Shown here piece by piece: positions 38,627 through 50,178 of a stretch of DNA of 64,000 nt. Where the stretch lies: contig CM082592.2 in assembly GCA_040954595.2 (NCBI GenBank), forward strand, positions 6,869,677 through 6,933,676. The letters run 5' to 3'. Under the pieces are notes generated by a model that saw nothing but the letters and a program-made list of their open reading frames with translations, did not search any database and was not told the DNA's origin. The stretch comes from Balanoglossus misakiensis (taxonomy: Eukaryota; Animalia; Hemichordata). The translations under genes were made by a program, and so were the position numbers. Position 1 is the stretch's first letter; every line of letters begins with the position of its first letter.

Positions 38627-39580
38627 GCACAGGTTCTGAACTCGTGACTAAGTGAAGATATCCTGTCAGCAAAACTGGTGCTATCATGCCATTTTATCAG
38701 GCGCACAAACATTGCAGTCACCTTAAACTGGCAAAGTTCGCAACCTCCAACCCCCCAGGAGACCGCAGCATTATCCAGTATCAAATCAATTGCGTGTTAC
38801 TCTGTAATTGTCAATCTCTCCTAACGTGCCTTGGCTGGCCACCAGTTTTGAAGATATACTGCGCATTCGCAACAAAACTTTGGCCCTTCCCTATCGTTAA
38901 GGGTTAAATTCTGTCACCCACAAACACAACATATTTCATAATCGGGTTACTGCTACTCCCCAGACTTGACAATCCAATATTCGATTATATTAAATTACCA
39001 TTATGACACAAACCTATCACCGACATGAAATACGAATAATCGATAGCCCTTCTGAACGGCAAAGCCCTCAGCAAACACGAAGGCATGCAAATTACCGACG
39101 CCATCTTCCATAAATTGGATTTTGTACGTTTCTGAAGTGTTCGGCGTCTTTGCCATGTTGCCGTTTCCTGTTCGAATTTGGAACTATTACAACACATGTT
39201 GCCAACTCTACTTGAAAATCTGATAACTCCAATCGATAGGCATGCCTGCAAAAAGCAGTCGGTTGGGAGAATATAGCACCCATCAGAACATTTCCGATAA
39301 AAAAATATTCCCGTCATGTACAGATTACGGCGTTATTCTCAAAACCCCTTGTACTCTGAAATCTAATCAGGTCTGAACAAGTATTGTTACTAATAAATCA
39401 CCTGAATTACATCAGAAAGACCCAAATCATTTCGTGATATCAGTGGAACTATGGCAGAAGTCTGGCTACGGTACACATAAAAAGACACACACGTACATAC
39501 AGACAGACAGACGTCTAGACAGACACACATTATTGTTATGGGGGCAAGTTCTTAAATTTGAAATGTGATGATGATGTCCA

Positions 39581-39624
<44 letters not shown>

Positions 39625-39673
39625 CGACGACGATGGTGGTGGTGGCAGTGGTGGTGGTGACGACGACAACAAC
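39581..39673. repeat. Compound trinucleotide microsatellite: (GAT)14 followed by GAC/GGT/AAC runs
   Basis: Read directly from the sequence. Confidence 0.95.
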
Positions 39674-42600
39674 TACATACCAAGACATTCACAACCATTT
39701 TTTGTTTGTTGGGGGATGGCATCTTTGATCAGTGCTCTTGTTGAGTGGCCAACCGTCCACATACCTGTGTAGCGCCCGACACCCTGTAGCCAACCAAATC
39801 CCACACCAAACAAGCTCGCACACACGACCTAACCCTTACTCCAACAAACCCTGGTATTCCGTTTATCAAAAAGTCTGCCATAGCAAGTTCGGCCCGAAAC
39901 CAAGCCCCTCTCCAGGAATGTCCTCATCGTTATAACGTCTTTATTATTGCTGTTACTGTGTTAGTGCTCCCAAATGGATTTCAACAAGAACTCATTAAAT
40001 GTATAGGAATTGGGCAAGTTTAACATACCACTACTTCATGGTCACTGTGGAATTCTCCATCCAATCGCAACGGTCGATTTTTTTTCCCAGCCTACCAACT
40101 GCGAGACTTAAAAATTTAATCTTTTCTAATACCCGTTTGAAGATAATATTTTGAGGTACAGTGACTTCTTTGTCTGATTTCAAAATCTTGCATCTGTTTT
40201 GTTTTGTTGTTTCCCAAGCAGCTGCTAGACATGGAAATGAAACTGCCAAGTTGGAATCCACTTCACGATCTGTGACAGCCCAGTTTGCAAAACAACATTA
40301 AAAATAAACCAAAAATCAATACCTTTCACAGTTGTTTGACAAACACTATAACTTACACACGTGACTGTACACTTGCCCAGGCAGCCCAGATCAGTGAAAT
40401 TTTATAAATGATTTTCTCTTCCTCATAAGACAGAGCTGCCTTTTGTGCAAGTCACTCACCACACTGAATACTGGATTTATCTGGTCCCAGATGTGCGCGA
40501 AAAATCTAATCTTTCCCTGTTTCACATCTGCTATTTTTTTAAGAGAGGAGTGGCAAGTACAAGACACGCCTGTGTGGTTTAGTTTTCTGACTGCCCCAAG
40601 TGCCCTATTCAGTATGATATATATCTCAGAGTGAGTGAGTCAGACCATTGAACATTTGTAATATGCTGAAAATACCGTGCCTCTCTCCAATACTTTTGAG
40701 CAGACAAACACAAGGACAAGCAAAGTGCCTAAACTAGAAGCCTCTGCTGATTGTGAGATGTGTCCGTGAGTTACCACTGAAAAAGCGGTTACCAAGAAAC
40801 TCGCGACAATCGGACACACATTCCCACTTAACTGTCGGAATGAACTGGGTTGCTTAAATCAACACGAACACCGCCAGTTCCGAGCACGATAAGGCGAAAT
40901 CTAATCAGCGGCCATGTTTCATGCTTTCTCACGAAAATATGGCCGAACCGAAAAACCTGACCACATCGCCAAATCCAAAGCCGCTCAGGGTTGACCCTCC
41001 CCGCGACACGACACAGTGCGACTCGAGGACCGTTTAACGTCAATGAATCGGGGGACATAAACGTTCGTACTCACGCGTCGAGGTGTGGCACCACAAAGCT
41101 CTGGCCTGTCTTCTTGTGAAGCTGCGTGTGCTCGCTCACAAAGTCCAATCCAGCTCTGGCAGGGCTCAGCGCTAGTAGCCTCATCGAAGCCCTTCAAGTG
41201 TGTGTATGTATAGAGGCGTTATCACCCACTTTATCAGGCTACAACTTTGTTTTATCAAGAGCTTGCTTGGCGACTAGGCCGCCTATTTCAGCCGGCCATC
41301 AACCAAACTATGTGATAATCTAAATTTAAGCTGACTCCTTATCTCCAGGGGCCCCTTCAGCCATCTAACTGATATTACACACAAATAACAATAAATACTC
41401 AGGGCTGTAGAAATAGCCTTGTTTCTATAGCGCCGCTTAAGAGCCCTGTAACACATGTGAGTCTGCCTGTTTACACAGCAAACTTGGTTGTTGGCCACTG
41501 AAAACAATCCCTTAAACTAACAGTTAAACATCACTGCTTTATTTTCAAATTAAGCCGCTAATTGGTTAATTGGTCGGCTGCTAATTAAAGCTACACCAGA
41601 GGGTGGAGTCACAAGATGCGATCAGATAGCGGTAATTGATTTGCTGGGGTTTTTTAAAAAAACAAAGTGTCTGGACAAATTGATTAGTTGTGTCCCTGAC
41701 CTTTTGACCTCTGGGGTGACTGAACATAGGTGACAAATACCCCACTTCTGATTTTCAATCGGAACGGTGTTGAAACAATACTTCACACACAGTAAACACT
41801 TCTTTGTGCGACATCACCTGATGGGCCCCAAATGTTTCGGGCGTTGGGAAGGTTCCCTGCCTACCGTGTGCAATGTAGAAGTCGCATATCTCGCGAGAGA
41901 TTTCTTTTCGCGCACCGTTTCTAGTCAGGCCGTCTGGAGCCACTTTTTGCCGTAACACGTAAAATGAAAGAACGACACCGATTGGCTCGTGCTCGTGCGT
42001 CTCGGAGACTGAACGCTCATCAGCCGACTGGTGTCTGAAAGACTTACGCCATATATCTCCTGTTCGTATCAGTTGCAATGTTCAAAGTATTGATCGTTTG
42101 AAGACCAGGCATTTTGACATGCTTGTAAAAAAATAAAAGCTACAGGGTTCATACTCTACACTGTTTTATTCTCGTACCACTGCTCACATTTCAAACAGCT
42201 GTACATCAACATCTTTCCAGAATATCACTAATGCAACACACGGAAGCCCTATTTTGTTTGATTGCTAAATTACATAACCCATTTTATTCTTTACAATAAC
42301 ACTTTCATGAATCAGCAAACCGGGAGAAATTGCACAGAGCACTGCAACAGCTCAACTGCGGCAGCTATGTTTAATCCGCTTACAACCTGTTCAGCCGACT
42401 AAAGGGGAAAACATGAGGTCGTCAAGGTAACCTGTAACCACGACGTGAGAGATCAACTATTGGTTTGTGATGAAGCACGGGGCAATCAAGCTCTATCCTG
42501 GCGTACACGTCCCACATCATCCATGTTGTGGCTATGTCGACTATCTGAGCATCGGCTACAGACTATTTCGCTGCTATTTCTGACGCGATGTTCTTGCCAC

Positions 42601-44568
42601 CGAGAGCCATATACTGTGGTGATGCAACCCTTCCTCTTGGCTGCGTTCCCACTGCCCTGACAAATCGCGACACCCACGCCACTTGCGCGATTTTTCACAC
42701 GGGGGCTACTCACTCCCTCACAGCATCAACAGACCTCACTCAACACTCACGGCAGAACAGAACGACATCATCCTCAAACTTCACACCAAAGCCAATACAG
42801 GAAACCATAAACATCAAAGTTGAATTTCCCCAAACATCTCACACTCCCATTAAATCAAATCGGTGCTTAAGTGACGCCCCAATAAAATACAGATTGCTCA
42901 CACTGACCGAGACACTGGCCCTTAGCACCTAAGCGAACCCAGCAACTTAGCGACGCAAACACGACACAATAACTCGACACCCTGAACCGTAACAACCGAT
43001 GAGAGCTAATCTATAATTGTAAGATTAATGTCTATAAATTCTTTGGGTCTTAGTTTATACACAACTTTATAGACTGCGGCGGATAAGAGGCCGTCATAAT
43101 TTACGACAATTGCTACGTTCGTGTTTAAGTGGCCTACAATGGGGCGAGAAGGCGCAAATCTGTTACACAGAACGCCACTCCTACAAACTCCCAAACAGTG
43201 TTTTGGTCAGCGCTTGGCAAAGGACAAACAAGTACGATCACGGCAACCAGCTATTCTGACACTGCCAGGTTTCTGTAGAGTCGGGCAATACGTGACGAAC
43301 GGCATCATGTGAAATAAAAACGGTGCGTTCCCAGAAACTGTTCGGAGAGCCTCGCGCTTCAGCTAATACCGCACGCACACACACGCAAAGAACATTTCAA
43401 ATTCATCACTATGCTATATGTTTTACCAGGCTTGGTATCCATGTAATGCACCATTCGGAAATTAAACATTACACACATTCTGCGATTAAGCATCTGTCCT
43501 TCCATATTAATACCCCCGACAACACTTGTGATTTAATTTAATGTCCCCGCTGTGAGAAACCCGGTAGCATACCAAATCCATGCATCGAGCCACTGTGAAA
43601 TTATTACGTGGCCATCGCGATGTGATGCAGTGCCAACCGGGATAACACGGCCACCTGCGAAATGCGCAATGAAGGAAACAGAACAACATCCATAAAAGAC
43701 CCCTTTGTCACTGGCAAACGCTCCGGACAAAATCGATGGCTTCGGTCAATTCTGCCAGAAATATCCCCGTACTCCGGCAACAGGAAAATTCATGTTTTAA
43801 TATCGCAGGGAAATTTTGCCAAGAAACAAATACTTGGGGCGTCTAATCTCCCTGGGGTTTACTGTTGCTTCTTATCGGAGCCGCAATAAAGCACACAATA
43901 ATAATCTCCAAGGTTTTTCAGAATTTCAAAGTTGCTGTGCTACTCGGGCAAGTTGAAAGAATGTACACAGGCCGACACTGTACATATTTCGTGCGAATTT
44001 TCAGTGAACTTTTCATCAACGGTAGAAAATTTCAACGCGTCATCCTAATCATGGCTTGATTACACTTGATGCGTGTGACACAAATGTCAACAATTAGATT
44101 ACACTGGTAATTTCAATATCTTTAATCCCTCAGCCTGATTTTTATCAAACTTGACAATGGCATGTACTCTTTTGAACGTTAATAATTAGATCGCACTGCT
44201 GATCAAGTCTGATCTGGCACGACTGATGATCACCGACGTTTGACAGGTTGGCTTTGTCAACAACGTCAAGTCTGGACAACTTAAATGCAATCAATGAGTC
44301 GATCAGCATTTCCTCATCTTTCTGGCAAATTCTTGACTTGGTAGTACACGCCTTGAAAATCCAAATCGTACCCCCTTAGGAATTTGACAATTGAAGAGAG
44401 CCCTCTAGTGTTCATATTCTCCTCCCCAATTTGAATAACCCTCAACTTTAATGAAGTCATCATCTCCGAGGAAACAAGAAACGTTCATTTGCAAATGAAA
44501 TACAGAATTTGATGTCACACTGAAATTACAAACCTGTAACATGCCATTAATCGCGATCGCATTTTTTT

Positions 44569-44590
44569 TCTCTCTCTCTCTCTCTCTCTC
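44569..44590. repeat. (TC)11 microsatellite
   Basis: Read directly from the sequence. Confidence 0.95.
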
Positions 44591-47500
44591 TTAAATATGC
44601 CATCACCCTTCCTGACCTGGGCCTGCTCTCTGTTGACTCGCCCCGCGATGCGGATTAAACGGTTTCACGAAGAATTAGCAGGAATCGCAGTTGGGGGGTA
44701 ATCAATCTGGAACACGTCAATTGGGCCACAGAGCAAACAATCATGACACAATGAAATATGTTGCACAAGTGTGAACAAGCCTACAAAACGATCATAATTT
44801 GCGCTAATAGAGAAGAAAACGGGAAATGGTCGTGTTCGTGCAAACAAAAATGCAGGAACTGATTTTTTTTTCCAAACCAAAATCACACATCGATTAGCCA
44901 AAGTGATGTAACAAGAGGTACTTCTCACTTACGACGACAAAGACCAATCATTTATCATGGGAAAACTGACACATAACAACACAGGCATAACTTTGCCTCC
45001 AGGAGTGTAGGCATACTTTACTTTAAACTAACTGGTGTCCAATTCATCAAACTTAAGATGGGAATGTGCAAGTCTTAGTGAAACCTGGCTCGTGTCAATT
45101 AAAATGTTCTATTCCAGTGAAAGTAATTGTGTCCTGCTTTACAGATATAACATCTTTAGTTTGCTTTCAACAAAAAATTATGACTACATATGTTCTTTAA
45201 TAGGATCTGTCTCTTTGTGTTTGTCTCCTTCTCGTACTCCCTCTGTCTGTCTGTTTCTGTCTGTCTCTCTCTCTCCGTACACATTTGTGACCATAATCTT
45301 TACATACATGTACAAACCAAAATGTTGCCAAACAGTAATAGTTAAAGAAAGGCAACAACAGAATCTGCTTTCAAATTCAGGATTATTCATAGACCAAACA
45401 TTAACTACATGAATGTCCACTTTTAAAAATTTGCCAAACCTCTTACAAGTTACATCCCTGCTCTTCAATGGAATGCTCCAATTTAGTGCAGAAATTAATT
45501 GGCTCTTTCATAATATACACGGGAAACGGGAGGCAAAGGTTAATACGACCCGCAGGAACCATAACTGATTTACCACAGATACGTTTAATTTATTATCACT
45601 AGGCTGCCCGAGACATTTCCCCAAACCCCGGCATTCACTGATCAATCAATAACAGCGCAGACTGTCCACGCGCGTTAACTCTCCCTCTCGATCGACTCCC
45701 AGATTTCGTGCCTCCAGAGGGCGCTCATCACGCCAACCCAGCCACCGACGGGGGAGAACGTCAACCGACTTCACATCAATCAAGTGGCAGTGACAACGAG
45801 TGCAACAGTAACACCCATTAGCTCGGTACACAACTGATTAGCAAGCCGGGACTCGCCTGTCCCGTTCAGTGACTGAGTTAATCTATCAGCTGCGACAATA
45901 TATGGACAAGTTAAAATACTTCCACAGTTTTAATGAATAGGCGAAGATCATCATGTTACCACTCAAGAATGCGCTAACACACTTCCACGGTCACTTCACA
46001 CCAGTTTCGTGGTAAATCACGCCAGGAAACTGTTCCGAAAATCATTAAATCACTAAGCATGTGCATATGCCTTGTTATTGCAGTCAATCTAAACTATCAA
46101 AAAAATAAAGTCCATTGTTGTATAGTTTGTCAAAACATTCGAGTTATCTTTGATCTACATCGTCAAATATTGACATCAATCAAACTTATATCGGATAACT
46201 GGTCCAAAAATTAATAACATTTGTCATTCACTCCGTCAAATTTCTCTAACTTAGTTACAAGAGAGAGAAATCCAATAAACATTTCTTATTAATAATAGAT
46301 GAAAAAACATCTTCACTATGGAATCAAATTAAATATTGACTCCTCATATTACACTGTGTATTGCGCCAAATATTGACACAGTCAAACTCTATCATTTAAT
46401 CCTGTGTGATGGGCAATTTCAGCTTGTCACCAAAGGGACTGTGGGGCGTGACTTTTATTATTTTACACAGATCCTGTGAAATGAATCAGCTTCCAGACAG
46501 AGAGATTGAGAGCCGTTCAGAACTGCCAAATGTCAATTATGTGATGCAATTGTATTCTCTGACAAATTTACACATTCTTGATTTTTTAATTAATACACTG
46601 TGTGACTAAAAAATTAGCTTGAATTCGCTAAATGTGTGAACCAGTAATATCGTTCAAAGGTAAATGGCAACAACTGTATGGGACTGAACCCTAAAAAATG
46701 AGGCTCCCATTTTGCTACAAGTGTGGTTATGACATATAATATACAACTGACAAACTTACCCAGGGGGCATGGGGTAGCAACACTGTACATAACAAGTCAA
46801 CAATCTGGTATTTTTCTCACAACTTGTTGGTAAAAAAAAAGTCCACATCTAATTCCCTCAGACAGCTTTGGTATGTACAGCAGCATCTCTGCCTAAACAC
46901 AAGAATAGCAGTAACAATCCTTGCCTTGGGGAGCCACACATCCAATTGACTTGTACATCGCAGAATTGTATCCTCCAGGAGTACGAACCCGATATTATTC
47001 CAAGCAGACGAGCAGATACGCGATAGGGCCCCGCGTAAGATCAATCTTTCGAACCTCACTACGCCGTCGACGAGGTCTCATGGCAACGGGAGGGCCTCGG
47101 GGTGTGCGCCAACCGTAAGAGTGATGGATTCAACACCTATCCGCAGAGGGAAACCTCGCAAAAACCGTACAAAGTAATAAAGATCTCAAACAAGCACTAC
47201 AGCACTGTCAAACTCTTAGAAGTCAGGGATGAGATGAGAACAGTCACTTCTCTCAAGAAGTGGTTTTCACTCAGTAGCACCCTAACTACACCGTCTTTTC
47301 TCTTGTCTTCAAGTACCGTCAGAGGCTATTAACTCGCTACAATGACGAGCGCATTTACAAGGACCAGCGGGGAAAAAAAGAGATCACAAAAAAATATCCG
47401 GGATGAGAGAGCACTCCTCCACTTCAAATCTCCCTTCCAAGTTTCCCTACAAATACCACAGTTAATGGTCAAAAAGCTGACGGGCTTAAATGCTGATATT

Positions 47501-49367
47501 TACGTAACGAAATGACGCGGTCAATTAACCGCCACACCTGCCCTGAAGGCAAGGACTTAAATAGGGAATCTAAAACAAGACTATTAAACACCACTGCAAA
47601 GACATACCAATGACGACAAGTTCGCTTTGGTTCACGAGAATGAGTTTTAAACCCCAAACCACAGTGGTGAAAGGTATCTGATCTACCTAGTTCTGAGAAA
47701 CGATGGACGTAAACAACAGCGGTGAGACGATGTGCTTGGTTAAACTTTTACAGACCTGTTTGCAGGCTAGCCAGTTTGTGGACGTCCATCCATCCATCTA
47801 TCCATCCATCGTGTGAGGTATTGCCAAAGTGTTCTTGAACCCTGCGTACAACAGATCCGCAAACCCCCAGAGCCCTTGCCTCAGGGGGTGCCAGACATGC
47901 AATTACCGCTGTAATTACGTACTATACATCTCTCTTCTCGACAACACATTCATGTACACTACAGATGAATGAAATTTGCCTCCTTTTCCGGTGAAGTTTG
48001 TCCAGGAATACACAACTGTTTTTACACTAATGCCAGAATAGTCAAGAATGAAGTTAATCTGTCAAAACCGACAGGATACTGAGGTATTTCTGTATTAGAT
48101 TACGGTACAAATGTAGTTCTAAATTCATGACCCTTGGCTATAAAAAGAAATTCACCATCTTTTGAAGTGTCCCTGTCCCACCTTAATTGTCATTGCCAAT
48201 TTGAAAAAAAGCTATGAAAATTATCAGAAATTAATATTCCGGCACATCAATCAGAGATAAATCTCCTGAACGTGACAGGAAATTAACTGATTATTTTCAG
48301 TATCACACTCACCTCGCGATTTAGACCAAAGATACAAGACTACAGTAGGTGCTCATTAGTTTGAACCAGTATAATCTTTCACAAGCACGCTTCAGTTATA
48401 AACCCTACACTTATATTAGTTGGGGGCAGGGGAACCATCAAAAACATTAATAAACGGCCTCCTCAATTTTTGAGGAGTCGGTGGAGAAGGCATTTTTATT
48501 CAGTGGTCGCGTTCTACATGGCCTTGGACAGTGGTTGTAAAGATACAGGAGACTTTAAAAGAATTCGCCTTTAGTGGTGACAAGTCGTACATCCTGTGTA
48601 TTCATAAGAATCCTACACACACAGCCAGACACGTACACATCCTCCGAAAATAACGAACAACAGCAATGAGGCAAAACCACCGCGCAAAGAATCAACTCTA
48701 GATGTGTTGTTTTTTATCTCCACTGGTGACACTGTTCGTAAATATAGCATCCCGGGTTTCAATATTGTCTGCATCACGGGCTGCCCACCGACACCTGAGC
48801 GAACAATCAGTCACACAAGAGCTACAAAGCATGGCGATTAGCTCCTTACGCCTCTAAGTTCTTTCAGAGTCGGGTATTTTTTTTTATATTTGAACTGGAG
48901 TACAATGACGGTAATTTGCAGAGAATTGCCCGGTCGCACACAATGCTTGTTTACTGGAGGTGACCACACTGAGATCTGACTCACTAGACTTTAAGTTTTT
49001 AAGATGGAGGAATTCTGTCTTTATCAGGCGCCGGCATTTTACCGCAAATAATCAGCAACTATAACCAAATATGTAGTCCACCAATTGGTAGCGTTGTAGT
49101 CACAGAACCTGGCTTAACTTAAAGTTTCCACGCTTTCTGTTGACTATTAGGGAAGTGGGGCAACAAAGTGGACTGAAATCCTTTCACATGAATTTATACC
49201 ACTTGGGTTCAGGGTCAAACAAACTGTGGGCGATTTTTTTCCAGTTAAAACCACCAGCAGCCCTTGATTTAGTGGTCCCCCCCCCCTAACAAAGCTCATT
49301 CTACATCAGCTGTATCTTCCCGCTTCCCCCACCGAGAGACACGTACACAAACACCATCTGTGTTTAA

Positions 49368-49452
49368 CCCTTTCACCCCCAGTTCCCTCTCTAGAGGGCC
49401 AACTTCACCATAGAAAACAGTGGTTTTGGGTCAAACCACGGCAGTGAAAGGG
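49368..49452. mobile_element. piggyBac-like MITE (85 bp), second full-length copy
   Basis: TTAA|CCCTTTCACCCCCAGTTCC...CACCATAGAAAACA...GTGAAAGGG. Same length as 36764-36848 and collinear with it. The right TTAA is lost. Confidence 0.78.
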
Positions 49453-50067
49453 GGATCCCTGACTTCCATCGCCCCCCCCCCCCCCCCCCCCCCCCCCCTT
49501 CCATTGCACTGGCAACGGCAGTTGATCGTGCAATCCACCTCCGGTTTGAGAACCGCCAGTCGGGATAACAACAGACCATGTTAAACAACAATACCACGAA
49601 ACAGAATATACAACAGGTACATGGAACATGAAACCACTTGCTGAAAAAACCTGAACCAAATTAAGTGTCTGGCATTATCAAATTTCACGTCAGAGGCGAA
49701 AAATTTCCCAGAAAGCTAAGATACAGCGGCATGGGGTGATAAGATTTGGGATATGTTTACTGAGATAGGAAAATGAGAATCATGTATTTCCACATGCTAG
49801 CTCTCGCAGCTCCCGGAATTTTATCAATGTACTCTGACCTGAGTCAACTGTCAATCATAAGAACATTGACTTTTTTCAGAGATATTGCATCAACAACCTT
49901 CCCTTCAACGAGAACACTTTCACCCCCTGGCCTATACTAAAACATGGAACGACCTCCCTGGGTAAAAAGTGGGTTTATTTTCCCCCCTCTCATAGCAGAT
50001 CGATTCACTCCACACGAAAACACGGGCGTGCGTAGGTTACGCAAACATCTATTAGCCCATCACTCAC

Positions 50068-50178
50068 CTTCTTCCGGCCCGTCCGCAGCTTGTGAAACTT
50101 GGTCTCCGTGCCATTCTCCAGGCCTCTCTGGGCGTACTTGTCACGATTCCTGCTCGCCGTCTTCCGGATTCCTTCCTG
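50068..50178 (-). CDS. AUTS2: AUTS2-like exon (111 nt, QEGIRKTASRNRDKYAQRGLENGTETKFHKLRTGRKK; positional equivalent of vertebrate exon 2)
   Basis: Minus strand reads tttgtcattttcttcacag|CAGGAA...AAGAAG|gtgagt, phase 0-0. GC-rich, coding-like island encoding a basic peptide, in frame with the downstream exons. Only weak similarity to vertebrate exon 2 (LENG vs LTNG, terminal RKK). Confidence 0.78.

Noticed and set aside
39466-39672. Poly-Ser/Pro ORF
   Set aside because: Translation of the GAT/GGT microsatellite, with no exon signals.
41075-41191. GC-rich open minus-strand segment ending at a GTGAGT donor (GFDEATSAEP...)
   Set aside because: Only a weak AAG acceptor without a pyrimidine tract, and no family similarity.
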